Of a DNA stretch of 64,000 nucleotides, positions 51,294 to 64,000 are shown in pieces. Both the position numbers and the translations under genes were made by a program. A model generated the notes under the pieces. That model worked only from the letters and a program-made list of their open reading frames with translations, was not told the DNA's origin and did no database searches. This DNA comes from Takakia lepidozioides (lineage: Eukaryota; Plantae; Bryophyta): positions 44,950,001 through 45,014,000 of the forward strand of contig CM060734.1 in NCBI GenBank assembly GCA_030704615.1, given 5' to 3'. Positions within the stretch are counted from its first letter, which is position 1; every line of letters starts with the position of its first letter.

Positions 51294-53893
51294 TAACAGT
51301 TGTCCTTTTTGTGTCCAATGTATTAGTGTTGGGATTCAGTGCTCTCCTACAGATTTAAATTTGCATCTTTATGTAGCCAATTGTTGGAACCCAGTAGCAA
51401 GTAAAGCTGAGCATATCCTCCTCTAAGTGGGTATAGCTCAGCACCTAGCTACTGACTAGTGGTCTGTTGTTCAAAATTCTGAAAGCGAATTATTTTGATT
51501 CCAAAGTCTGTAAAAAAAGGTTGAACAGGTCAAGTTTCCCTGTCTAGCAGAGATTTAAAGCTTTTTTTGCATTCAGATTACTGGTCTCATTTGTGCTGTC
51601 GAGTTTCTTAAGTGGGGCTGTTGTGACAAAATTAAAAGATGCTTGAGGATTTTCAGGAGTCATTGCTTGGGTTTTGATGGAAGTGTTGCAATGGTATCCA
51701 AGGCCATAAAGAAATTTGGATAAGTAGAGCAATTGTACTCGCAAAGGCATCCACGAGACATTCTAAAATTGCTTTAGGAATTAGATGTGAGGAGACAGAT
51801 GTGTGATGACAATTCTGGATCGTGAATTTGGGGATAAGATGAGGTGAGAGTGCTAAGTGTGAGAGACTAGGCATGGCTGACTCTTGTTTTGGTAACAGTG
51901 GCAGTGATTTACCAGAAACTTTAGGTTGCGACCTAGAGGTTTGGGGTACCTCTAAACGGATCATACCATCAATGAAGATTGAGATGCATTGCATTTGCCT
52001 CCTTAGTTTCAATTGCAGAAGAGTCATGGTAGGGCCTCTCCATAAGCTTAGCAACAAGGCTGCAATGAATAGTCTTCCACCTTCACTCACCCGTCCTTGC
52101 CTGCTTCAGATATCTCACAACCTGCTGCATCGCAGACCTCCCACGCCCTAATGCACGAGCCACAACCCATCAAAGCAGGGCTCGACTCCTGACCTCCTTG
52201 CCAATTACACTTCCTCAGATCGAATACCCCCACCCTTGAACCTGACAACTCTGCATCAGGCCATACCTTCGAGGGTAGACCCAAAAACCTACAGTGAAAA
52301 CGAGAAACTGTCGCTCCTCAGTCCAGAATAGCTGATTAAGAATGAGGAGCTGCAACACAGATTTCCTCGGATCCTATTTCTTCACCGACCTGCACATGCA
52401 ATAGCATACAGACCAGTATCGCTGCAGGCCCCGCAGATTAGTACAGGAGTGAGTTAAGATCCTGGCCCCCAAGACCGGGCTGCGCCCGGGGTGTGGGAAC
52501 TCATGTCCTGGAGGTGTGGGAACTCTGGGGAACACTTGTAGAGCATTTGCGGGCAGCTGCCCGGAAATGGACGGTCAAGATGTGATGTAGGTTTCGAGGG
52601 TCACGATTTCGTCTCTCTCCTCTCCTCCCTGTCTATTGCCCAAGCTGTCAAAGCGCGTGCTTTGATCCGAGAGTGTGTCAAACTGTGTTCAATCCTCCTG
52701 GACAAAAATAAAAACCTTCCATGTGGATGTGGAATGGGGATGATTCTTGCCAGGGTTAAACTTCGGAATCCCTTTGGGTTTGTTGCAGGGTCTACGCGCT
52801 ACAGCAAGTAGAGTCTAATGAATACACATACAAACACGACTGAACATAGGGTGTCGTTTAGGAAGGGAGGGTCAACTTTGGGAAATGTCTCTCTCGCGTC
52901 CTCTTCTAGAAACAGTGTGACTGGCAGCCTTGCAACTGAGGCAAGTTGGGGCTACATCAGCATTTCTTGAGCAGCCTAGTGTTTTCTAGCATACTGTCTA
53001 TATCAGCTCATCCATCAAACACTCAATTCCTTGTAGCTGGCTTGTCGGTGGCTGTGACAATTGGGATGAGGCTCACATACACTGGATGGACTGAAACAAT
53101 TTGCCAGTTTTGGGGTCTGCCATAGCCAATATTTGCAGGGAACTGTCAGTGGGTACATCTCTTGTCCTTACATGTCCTTTAGGCACCATACCCGGGCTTG
53201 GCCTGAAAAGGCAGGAAGTTGGGCCAGTTGAGCTGAAAAATTGAAAACTCCTTCTTTGAAGCTAAATGAAGGTGTCGTCTCTTTTGCAACTGTTTGCATT
53301 GTTACTGCAGTTTTTACGTCATGGCGCTGACTGTGAGATGTGTTTAGTGACTTCCATCATCGACCATGTGCAGAAAAAGGCGTTTGCGAATGGTGACAAT
53401 GAGCTATATGACTAGACGGAGGGCAGGCAGTCTCCATGTCTATGGAGAGGGGTGACATGCGACGATGTCACATACCAAGTAACAAGCTTGTAAGTGTTTC
53501 GTAAATCAGAGAGACCCCCAATTTCGTCTACATTGCTACAGGTCAAATCAAGTAAACACATAGCAAGTAACTCTTGCAGGTACAGGTCCGCCTCACAATA
53601 TGGCATTTGAAGCTTGCGATTACTTCATGACAGACACCATAGTCGTGATCATTTTGAAGGGTAGGTGGTTGCAGCACCCTGCTCTAGTTTATTGGCAAAC
53701 ATGAAGTCCTGGCGTTCATGAGAATAGGGGCATCAGTGAGCTTCCCTCCCATGGCAATAGAATGTCAAAAAATTCTAATCTTGATCACATGGCACCAGTT
53801 TCATTGCAAGTGACACTGAGGCGAATATCTGGCGAATCATTTGGTAGGGGGAGGTTTCTGTACAAAATGAAGTCAGCAATCTGCAGCAATGTC

Positions 53894-56800
53894 TTACATG
53901 AACTGGGTGGTAGTATGGGGCAGTCACACACCACAAGATTCTTTCTGACATGATGACATGTCCCAGGGTCCCAGAGGTGAGGTGCTGATCAGCCCAAAAG
54001 CCATGGCCAGCTTCTCACTGTGGTGGCACAGAGAATATTCCTTTTGCTCCTCCTCTACACGCAATGCAAAGGGCGTGTCAGGCACATCCCCTTCCTCCGT
54101 CATCTACCCTGACAATCTTCTCAGTTCAGCACAGATTTCCTCAAGTACTGGATGCTAATTTTCATCTACAACGAAGGTCTGAACCAATGTATGTGCCAAT
54201 TGACCTGGGTATGTGCTCGGGTCTGAGTAAAGGTGTCAAAGGACCAACCAGGTGTGAACGTGTGAACCGTGTTTCCGACCTCAATACAGCAGCGACCTGG
54301 AGGCTTTTTGACACTTCTGACCTTCATCAATCTTCTTACAGCTGCAGCGTCGTCCCACTTGTCAGCTGCACTATAGATGCTTGATAGCAACACATAAGTT
54401 GCTGCGTCCTATTGATCCCATTTGAGGATAGATTTTGCAGCACGTTCTCCACTTCCACATTGCCATGAATTCTGCACGCGCCAAGCAAGGCTCTCCACAC
54501 CACAACATCCGATTTGGATGGAAATTTGTTGATGAGGTCCTCTGCCTCATCCAGTCGCCCTGCACGGCCAAGGAGGTCCACCATGCACCCAAAGTGCTCC
54601 AGTGTAGGAGTGAGTCCATGATCTTGAATGAGGGATTCAAAGTAGTGTTTGCCTTCATCCACTAAGCCAACATGGCTACATGCAGAAGGAACACATGTGA
54701 ACGTAATATTGTCCGGTTTCAAGCCTTCCTTTTTCATTCCTTCAAATAGTTGCAGAGCCTCCCTCGGACAACCATGATGGGCATATCCAGTGATCATTGC
54801 ATTGCAGGACACCACATCTTGTTCAACCATATTGTCAAACACTTCCTTTGCATCCTCCATGCTCGTGCATTTAGCGTACATATCCATAAGGGTAGTGTTA
54901 AGAATGACATCCAGTACAATTCAAGTTGCCACGATGTCCGTATGGACCTCTTTGCCCTTTCCCAGGGCTGCCAAGCCAGCACAAGCCTTGAGAATACCAA
55001 TGAATGTGCCTTGGTCAAGTGTCACCCCTTCCTTTACCATCTGCTCATAGTTCTCCAAGGCATATCCTGCGATCATCACACTCCACGACACCACATCTCG
55101 TTCAGCCATATTGTCAACACAAGCTGTGCATCCTCCATGCTCCTGCATTTGGCACACATGTCCACAAGCGTATTGTTCAGAATCGCATCCGGTACAATTC
55201 CAGCTTCCATGATGTCAGTATGGACTTCTTTGCCCTTTTTCAGGGCTGTCAAGCCTGCACACACATTACAAGTGCAAACGAAGCATGACACGGTTGGGCT
55301 TCACCCCTTCCCGCATCATTTGCTCATAGGTCTCCAAGGCATTTCTACCAAACCCATGCTGGGCATATCCTGCGATATGGCATTCCAGGTCACTACATTC
55401 CGTTGATCCATACTGTCAAACACTCCCTTTGCATCCTCCATGCTCCCGCATTTGGCATACATGTCCACGAGCGTATTGTTCAGAATGATATCTGGTACAA
55501 TTCCAGCTTTCATGATGTCAGTATGGACTTCTTTGCCCTTCTCCAGGGCTCCAAGGCCTGCACACGCATTGCAAACGCAAACGAATGTGACCTGGTTGGG
55601 CTTCACCCCTTCTCGTGTCATTTGCTCATAGATCTCCAAGGCACTCCCACCACACCCATGCTGGACATATCGTGCAATCATTGCACTCCAGGAGACCACA
55701 TCTCGTTCAGCCATCTTTATCTGGTACAATCCCAGCTCTCGTGATGTCAGAATGGACCTCTTTGCCCTTTTCTAGGGCTGCCAGGACCGCACATGCATTG
55801 CAAACACAAATGAACATGACCCGATCCGGCTTCACCCCTTCCACCATCATTTTGTTGAACATTTGGTGTGCATCTACGATGCTCCCACATTTGACATACA
55901 TGTTGACAACAGTGTTGTATAGAAACACACTTGGCTTAAATCCACTTTGGATAATGTGAGTGTGCACCTGCTTTTTTCACCTTGATGCACTTCCGCAAGA
56001 GATAGACATAAGTATCTGAATCTGCTGCAATGGTTCCTTGGTTCAAAATCTGCAGAGCCTCTTCAATTGGCCTGCCTCACATACTGATCTAACGTGCCGA
56101 GAACCAAAAGAGATCTTCTGTACTCCCTCTCTTGGTCTTCTGTCTGAATTGGTGGTCATGGCGGAGGCGCCTGAATTTACCAACTGTGATGTTACTCATG
56201 CTTCCAGTGGATTGTCTACCCATGCAGGTTTCTTGTAAGAATCGATCCCCAGTGTCTCATTGGTACTCTTGTGCTTGAAAGGCGTTCTTGGATGAATCTG
56301 GACCGACACTCCACCCTCCCTCTTTCAGCTATCCCTGCCTCGGCAACAGTAATGCATTGATTGCTGCTAGCAACTGAAAAGGACATCCATACCTTGTTGC
56401 CTCGATTGTCCCACCATTGACCAGGGTTCAAAAGGTATTCCTTCCAAAGCATTTCCTCGTCTCTGTTGTGGGTTTTTAGATATTTGCCTGTTATCCCATA
56501 GATCCACCCACTCAACTAATTTACAGAACTTGACATGAAAGAATACGGACAAATCTGATAAGAGGACACAACAAGCATAAATATGTTGAAGAAGAAGAAG
56601 AAGAAGGTGCCCTCACCACATTCTCCTTGACAGTGTGTTCTGAAAGCAGCTAGCTTTTCTTTCACCCAAGGAGGACTCAACCAACCCTCAATCCAAAGGA
56701 CCTCTTGTGTACACTGCTTATGTCTGTAGTCTGGTGATCTTGGATAATGTTTTGTGGACTGGGTTGTGGTGACGATAGAATTTCGATTTGTTCTGCAAAA

Positions 56801-58340
56801 GCTGCTCTTATTTTCAGTTCTGTCTGTATCTTTGGTTGTTCTTCCTAAGCAGCACATGAAAGTAGGATGTGCAAGGTCTTTTCCCTGCAGTTTATGAAGA
56901 ACGCTCACCTTGTGAACGGTGGAGTCCCACCATTGAGAAGGATCTTTGAAGAACTCCTGCCGGCGCTCTCTTAGGGAGAGAACTTGGCTTATCCATTAAG
57001 CCTAGAGAGAGAGCCCCTAGTCTTTAGAGGGTTGATGGGACCCGCAAGGGATAGAAGCATTGTGGAGACTTCTTGCCTAGGCAAAGAACGGAGAACCAGG
57101 CTTATCCATTAAGCCTAGAGAGAGAGAGCCTAGTCTTTAGAGGGTTGATGGGATCCGCAAGGGATAGAGGCATAGTAGATACATCTTTAGGGAGAGAACT
57201 AGGCTTATCCGTTAAGCCTAGTATATGGAGGGTTGATGGGAATGATTCATGAAGCCCTAGAAAAAGTATAAAACAACAACCACAAAATCACCAAAAGACA
57301 TGGCCTCTTGTGGCGGAGCCGCTTGCCCATGGCAGAACTTTATTAAGATTATTATGGGAAAAAAATGTTTTAAATTTATTTTTAAAAAAAAATACTTTAA
57401 AATACCGAGTATATTATAAGCATGTAAGTTGACAATCAAAGAATGGGCCTACTTACTCCAGATGTGGGACTTTGAGAGCTTTGGAAAAACGGATGAAGCA
57501 AATCAGGAAGTAAAAAGGTTAGGAGCCCAAACAAAGGAGCGGGTCTGTATGTGGATTGATGAGCACATGGGCATGTGGTCCCAGCATTGTGATTGTGCCG
57601 TGATGCTGTCTGATTTCTATTCGCAGTAGGTTTCTGCTACTTAAGGAACACGCAGGCTCTCTTTGTTTTCTGCTTTGCCCATTTGGGTCTGAGTTGAGGA
57701 CTAGTGAGGGAGACAAGGATGAGGTATGGAATAGCAAAATGACTACCACTGCAGGCCTGGAGACTTTAGAACAGGAGTGAGTAAAAAATCGTGGGTTTGG
57801 CCTGGCCCCCAAGACGGGCTGCCTGGTCGCACTCTGATTACATTTCGATTTTTCATGTTTTCAAGCACTGGACATGCATCCTTCATTCTCCCGCATTTGT
57901 CATACATGTCAACAAGGGTATTCTCCAAGTTCTCCAAATGATGGATCACAGCCATGCGTGAACCTTGAATCTGGAGGATCTTTTCCCTTTTTGGGGTCCG
58001 AAGTGCACGGACCAAAAACAAAACTTTGTCTGTTTCTCTGTCGGTCACTGGTGGAGATGGCAGGGTGTTCCGGGGTTCTTCTGAGCGCGCGTGGGGACTA
58101 CATACCCAAGGCCCTGTCTTCTCGTCTGGGCCATGCGACGGGCCTCATGTCATGCGACAGATTAAGGGACTCGGCTGTGGAGCTGAAAGCAGTATCCCCC
58201 TTGGCAATGTGCCGAGGGAGGAGTCCCTTGGAAGTGGTGACTAGAGGGCCTCCCAAACCTTCAGGTATACCAATGAAAGTAGGTAATAATGCGAAACACT
58301 TTGCGGTTTCGGTCGTTGTGTTGTTTGAACAGGCTTGAAA
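53894..58340 (-). pseudogene. Pseudogene copy of the PDF-PPR-E-DYW gene
   Basis: Frameshifts, loss of several PLS triplets and of exons 3-4, exon 1 inverted (ATG 58057 on +). Retains E2 (KWDDAAAVRRLMKVRSVKKPPGRCCIEV) and [11 protein letters not shown]. Confidence 0.9.
56971..57240 (+). repeat. ~110-bp tandem repeat at the left inversion breakpoint
   Basis: GGCTTATCC(A/G)TTAAGCCTAG x3; GAGGGTTGATGGGA(C/T)CCGCAAGGGATAGA x2. Absent from copy A. Confidence 0.85.
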
Positions 58341-58437
58341 TCCAAGCTGAGCTATCAGGCAAAATCCGGTCTAAGAAGCTACAAAGCACACAAGATACTG
58401 ACACAGTGGTTATAATTGGTATATCTGGCACATAGAT

Positions 58438-58586
58438 GCTCCACAATGCATCTATCCCTTGCGGGTCCCATCAACCCTCTAATGACTAGGCTCTCTCTAT
58501 CTTTTTTTTTTTTTAATTGATAAGCCTAGATCTCCGTCCTCCGCCTAGGCAAGAAGTCTCCACAATGCCTCTATCCCTCGTGGGAC
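58438..58586 (-). repeat. Inverted copy of the same repeat at the right inversion breakpoint
   Basis: CTCCACAATGCATCTATCCCTTGCGGGTCCCATCAACCCTCTAA is the near reverse complement of 57024-57067. Confidence 0.85.
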
Positions 58587-59475
58587 AGAGCCAATAAATC
58601 TGGACACTCTAACTTGCCTCACTCTAACTATTGTGGGTGGATTTCTACGAATGTGCTTGATATGTGCAATATATGTGGATACGTCGATACGTCATCACCT
58701 ACGGTGAATATGAGGGTATAACCTACGGCAGAGCGGGTTGGCTCGAAGAACAATGGGTCCCTCAGATGACTTTAAGGGTGGTCAAGGTCAACGATCTAGT
58801 CTTCAATGTGGGAGATGGGTAGATGAGATAGAAGATGTTATGTAGGCGTTGCTTCTTCCTTTCTCAACCCGTTTCGAAAGGAGCTCCTCTGGAACCCTCT
58901 CTGTTGGGGATGAACGGTTCCAGTACTTTTCAGTGTGGCGGACTGAAGGGATCTGATCTTATGCCAAGAGGGCAATCTTCGACTCGATAATCAACTAGCA
59001 TTCTGCTTAAAATTGAAACAGACGAACTCTCGCAACTACTCTTGCACCTATTTGCCATGCACCTATTGGAGTTAAAACACTCCTATCCACATTAATCACG
59101 AGCTATTAGTGTAGCTACTCCCCTGTATACAATTAAGGTGTTGCATGTTACCCCTTGTCAGTCCAGCCAGGATGTCACTTTACCTACTTCTATGCTGAGC
59201 CAAGAGTCATCTATATCTAGGATCTTAACGTGGCCTTTCTCCTAGCGTTGATATCTAGCCAGTAGTGTTGTATATATAATTGGCTAGTTGGCCTTGTATG
59301 TATCTATTCCAGCCACTATCGTGGTCTGTTATTATATATAAAGCTTTCATGGTATGAGAGCCAAGGTTGTGGTAGTGGTCAGAATGGGTGGGCTAACAAT
59401 AAAGGCTATGCCTTGAGGGGGAGTGTTGGAGTTGTCAAGGCTATAGCCCTTGCACGACACTTTGAGTATAGAAGA

Positions 59476-59547
59476 GGATTGGTAGCTCAGTGGTAGAGCA
59501 CCCCGCGGGAATGGGGGAGGTCCTAGGTTCAATCCCTAGCCCGACCA
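59476..59547 (+). ncRNA. tRNA-like cloverleaf in the copia 5' leader (probably not a functional tRNA)
   Basis: D arm GCTC-AGTGGTA-GAGC; T arm CTAGG-TTCAATC-CCTAG; anticodon-like arm CCCCG/TGGGG with no U33; acceptor stem GGATTGG/CCCGACC has two mismatches. Confidence 0.8.
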
Positions 59548-59745
59548 CACGCTAGTCTGTGAAGAACAGGCTAGTATGTGAATAGATTGATGAGCTTAGC
59601 TCTCGGAGTAATATCTACGTTATGTAGAGTAGTTGGTAAGGATCGTATGTGAGCCAAGTTCCATATCAGAGAGATTATTTGATTACCGTGTGAGCAGAAA
59701 GCCAACGAGTCACGGAGAGACAATGGCAGGCACTGAGGCACTGAG

Positions 59746-62700
59746 GTGTCTAAGTTGGAAGGAAGTTCCAACTACAATCTATTGAAGTTCAGAATGAAAC
59801 TTATTCTGAAAAAGGAGGGACTGTGGAACCTTGTCGTTGATGAGCAAGAGATCACCACCACGTCAGGAAAAAGCTCCGGGACCATCCCAAAGACAGCGGC
59901 TGATTCAATTGCAGGAGCGCAGACGACAATGGCAGGAGCAACGACAGGAGTTACAACCTCTTCAACTCTTGTCGCACCCGATCACGAACAAAGGATGAGT
60001 AAGGCGTTGTCGATCCTTGTCAGTCAGTAAAGGATCAGTCGTCCCTTACCTTATTGACGTAGGAGATCCCAGAACATGTTGGTCTCTACGCCAAAATCTC
60101 CATGAGCCAAGAGACACCTCTAGAAAATTGTGTCTGAAAAGTAAGTTGTCTCAGTTGAAGATGAATGAAGAAACCGGGGTGGATACCTACCTAAGAGAGT
60201 TCAAGAATCTCTTTGCACAATTAGCAGGTATTGGGGTGAATATTGATGATGAGGAGATAATGCACATTGTCTTGAATGGATTACCTGAGAGCTATGAGGG
60301 ATTTCTTCAGTCATTTTCAGGATTAGATGAGTACCCCTCATTTGATAGGCTTGTGGGCAAGTTGTTGAACGAAGAAAATCGTCGCACCTTGAGGTCGGCG
60401 TCCAAGTTAAACGAAGAGGCCCTGTTTTCGAAATTTCAGAAATTTTATCCCAACTCCAACCAAGGAGCTAAGTTTCATCAGAAGGATGATGAGTCACACA
60501 GTTGTAGGAGAAGGCCAGGGAAATGCTACAACTGCGGGAAAGATGGGCATTGGGCTCGAGAGTGCCGTTCCAAGAAGGCTGCATCCACTTCAAAGACCAC
60601 AGAAGGTACCATGGTAAGGACCTCAGTGAACATGATTAAAAAAGATGGTAGTAATGAGGAAAGTAATTCACAGTCTTCCCGAAATGCAACGAGTGATATG
60701 TTCGAAGCTGCTATGGCAGCCTTCAGTCTCGAATCAGATGATCAGCACTGGTACATCGATTCAGGTGCAACCAGACATGTGACATGCAACAAGGAAGCAT
60801 TTCATTCACTAGATCAGTGAGTTAAATCGGCTGGGAGGCAAACTCACTCTGTACAAGGGCAAGGAAATGTACCTTTTCGCATGCCTAACGGTGAAATAAA
60901 GCACGTCACGGATGTTTTATACGTTCCTGGGTTGACTAAAAATTTGCTGTCTGTTGGAGCTATCACAGATATGGGCTGTTATGGGATTTTCAATTCATAT
61001 GAATGCTTCATATTGGATAAAAAGACTTCCAAGGTTATAGCCAGAGGAGAGAGAAAAGCCCCAAATGGTCTCTATCGTTTCAAAGGAGTGAATTCCTTGA
61101 CGCTGGAAGGAACAAGCTTGATGGAATTGTGGCACAAGCGTTTAGGCCATCTGAATGGCCAGAGCATACATTTCCTGAGTAGCAAAGGCTTAGTTGAAGG
61201 GATGACATTACTACCTGCCATCAACAAAGTATGTGACAGTTGTATTCTCGGGAAACAACATCGAGACCGATTCCCTCGGAGGAGTAATAATAGAGCTCGA
61301 CAACAGCTTGAATTGATACATTCTGACCTGTGTGGTCCATTACAAACTGCCTCGCTCGCCGGGACAAGGTATTTTATTACCTTCACCGACGACTACAGCA
61401 GCAGGAAAACCTGGGTTTTCTTTTTAAAAACCAAGGATGAAGCTTTTGACAAGTTCAGACAGTTCAAGAGCCTTGTAGAGAATGAAACGCAGAAGAAAAT
61501 CAAGACACTGCGCACAGACCCAGGAGGAGAATAGCATGTCAAAGGCTTTCAGCAAATTTTGCCACGACCATGGTATTCAAAGGCAACTGACACAGGCAAG
61601 GACGCCACAGCAAAATGGCGTTGCAGAACGCAAAAATAGGACATTGCTTGAGAGAGCACGAAGCATGTCATTTGAGAAGAGTATACCACCATTTCTTTGG
61701 ACGGAGGCAGTCAATACTGCTGCATATCTACTCAACAGATCTCCTACCAAGGCGAATCCTGAGATGACGCCGGAAGAAAGTTATAGTGGACAAAAACCTA
61801 ACCTTGGACATTTGAGGGTTTTTGGATGTGTGGCATATGTGCATGTCCCTAAGGAGGAGAGAGGAAAGCTAGATGCAAAATCCTCAAAGTGCATCTTCAT
61901 GGGGTATGACAACGAGACTAAAGCCTATCAGTGTTATGACCCTCGGACTAGAAAAATCAAAATCAGCAGGGACGTATACTTCGATGAGCTCAATGCAGGC
62001 ATCTCAAGTATATATGATCAACTCTCGAATGGCCAGAAATTCAGCACCGTGGTTGAGTTTAGAGATGCAACAGGTCGGGTGGAGGTGGAGACAAATTCAC
62101 GACAGACATCTACAAACCAACACTCAGAGTCGGAGAAGGCAGATTTGCCTCGACCTCGTGACGAGCGTGACGAGCAGGTGCCCGTAACATCGCCAAATAG
62201 GCAATTATTACAAAATGACATAATTTCATCATCTCTTCCGGGACAACCAGAACCCACGACGGTTGTTGAGGCATTACAACATGAAGGATGGAAGCATGCG
62301 ATGCACCAAGAAATGGAGTCAATTTATAAGAACGGTACATGGACCCTGGAGGACCTTCCTCCAGGTAAAAATCCCATATCCTCAAAATAGAATTTTAAAA
62401 CCAAACACAATGCCTCAGGAGAAGTAGAAAAGCTGAAGGCCAGAATTGTTGCGAGAGATTTCGAACAACGGGAAGGTTTGGATTATGATGAAACTTTTGC
62501 CCCATGTGGTAAAGTGGGGAACAATCAATACAATTGTAGCCGTGGGACGTGCTGCTTAAGTCCATAGACATCTCACCCTCACACTCATGGATGCAGACAC
62601 TATTTCTTAATAACATCACTCATCTAGATGTGAAAACTGCATTCTTAAATGAGGATTTAAATGAAGAGGTCTACATGTACCAGCCGGAGGGCTTCGTGTC

Positions 62701-62917
62701 TGAAGGAAATGAGCACAAATTCTGCAGATTGAAGAAGGCACTCTATGGCTTGAAGCAAGCTCCTAGGGCTTGGTACAAGAAAATAGACAAAGTTCTCAGG
62801 GATCACGGCATGACTCGTAGCGAACATGATCACAACCTTTACTCTCTCTCTGAAAAAGGGAAACATGTATTCCTACTCTTGTATGTGGATGATCTTCTGC
62901 TAACAGGGGACTTATAG
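59746..62917 (+). pseudogene. Copia gag-pol, broken by stops and frameshifts
   Basis: Zinc knuckle CYNCGKDGHWAREC; protease WYIDSGATRH; LWHKRLGH; integrase IHSDLCGP and TPQQNGVAERKNRTL; [28 protein letters not shown]. Confidence 0.93.
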
Positions 62918-64000
62918 GACAAATCGAAGCGCTGATACTGTAGAAGTACATGAGAGGATCCACATTTAGTTTCTCCACACCCATCTGATGAAGTCTTAGA
63001 CAAAATAAACATACGGCTGTGCTCTAGATGGTTGCATAGGTCGAAGGATGGACAGGAGTGAGGTAGGGTATTGAAGTTAAAACACTCCTACCCACATTAA
63101 TCACAAGCTATTAGTGTAGCTACTCCCCTGTATACAATTAAGGTGCTGCATGTTACTCCTTGTCAGTCCAGCCATTTACCTACTTCTATGCTGAGCCAAG
63201 AATCATCTATAATCTAGGATCTTAACGTGGCCTCTTTCCTAGCGTTGATATCTAGCCAGTAGTGTTGTATATATATCGTGGTGGTCTGTTCTTATATATA
63301 AAGCTTTCAGCACCACCCACAGCAATATATCAGAGGATTCTCAGCCGATGCCTGATCCACATCAGAAATTGCACATACGCTTAATAGGAGAATGGCTAAA
63401 TATGGGTGCTACATGGGAGGTGAAGCAAAATCCACCATTATCACACCCTCATGAAAATGGCCAAGTCACCATGTAAAGTTGGGAGATTTATGATGTCAAA
63501 GAATAATGTGGGAACCCTGCAGCCAAAATGATTGAAGTACATGAACACCAGATCCTTCACAATAATCGACACCAAGTTGATACAGAGGCCCCCTAGAATT
63601 TACAAAGGCCTACAAACACTGGTTGGGTTGATCAAGAGCATGTGAAGATTCTTGTTCTACATACATTGGGGTCAAAAGCATCTGCTCATTCTGTAACTTC
63701 CAATTTACAAGGATAAAACTATTCCAGGAATAGTGGCACCCTGATGCACCAGTTGATTAGCTACTTGTCTGCCTGATCTAAATCTAGATCTCATAGAAGT
63801 TTAGTCAAATCCTTCAAGAAATTGTTAGACCATATGGTGCTAGAGCTACAAGGTGTTCTTTTAAGATATCAGTAAAAAAGGGAAACAGAGTGCTTGAGCA
63901 GGGTTTTGTGGAGGAAATGAGACTGCTGAAGTTATGGAGAGAATGGGCTCACAAGTCTCAAGGTTATACAGAGAGTTTGTGTGTACCTTAACCCAACTGT

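Larger units (their letters stand above)
59064..63309 (+). mobile_element. Ty1/copia LTR retrotransposon, degenerate, RT/RNase H internally deleted
   Basis: LTRs 59064-59349 and 63069-63309. TSD GCACC (59059-59063, 63310-63314), with a single GCACC at the empty site 40554-40558. PBS TGGTATGAGAGCC 59350-59362; PPT GAGGTAGGG 63060-63068. Confidence 0.96.
52070..64000 (+). repeat. Segmental duplication, copy B (rearranged; runs off the window)
   Basis: Matches 31924-41315, with PPR deletions, two inversions and the copia insertion. Confidence 0.95.

Noticed and set aside
57028-57060. Hammerhead-like GTTGATGGGACCCGCAAGGGATAGAAGC
   Set aside because: Lacks both the CUGANGA and GAAA core consensus.
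56971-57240. CRISPR-like array
   Set aside because: Units repeat in full without unique spacers, and the context is eukaryotic.
59476-59547. Functional tRNA gene
   Set aside because: Mismatched acceptor stem, no U33, irregular anticodon loop; kept only as tRNA-like.

Overview
Nuclear DNA of a non-seed land plant, inferred from intron-rich genes and bryophyte/fern-style PLS-PPR motifs. Left half: a HEN2-type DExH RNA helicase (-, 1735-12020), an uncharacterised spliced gene, a full-length piggyBac transposon (TTAA TSD, 12-bp TIRs, transposase with one frameshift, extra upstream ORF), a DnaJ-like zinc-finger gene, an intronless oligoribonuclease and an RBM18-like RRM gene. Right half: a ~9.4-kb segmental duplication (31924-41315 vs 52070-64000+) around an Agenet-domain gene, hAT-type non-autonomous elements and a degenerate Agenet paralogue. 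The main finding is the duplicated PPR gene. Its exons splice in frame to give a putative transit peptide, three tandem OSB-type 'PDF' ssDNA-binding motifs and ~26 PLS PPR motifs, followed by a decayed E/DYW deaminase region. The second copy is a rearranged pseudogene. Next to it is a Ty1/copia element (5-bp TSD, empty site visible in the other copy) whose leader carries a tRNA-like Pol III module and an internal PPT plus LTR-end mimic. Splice models were derived by eye.
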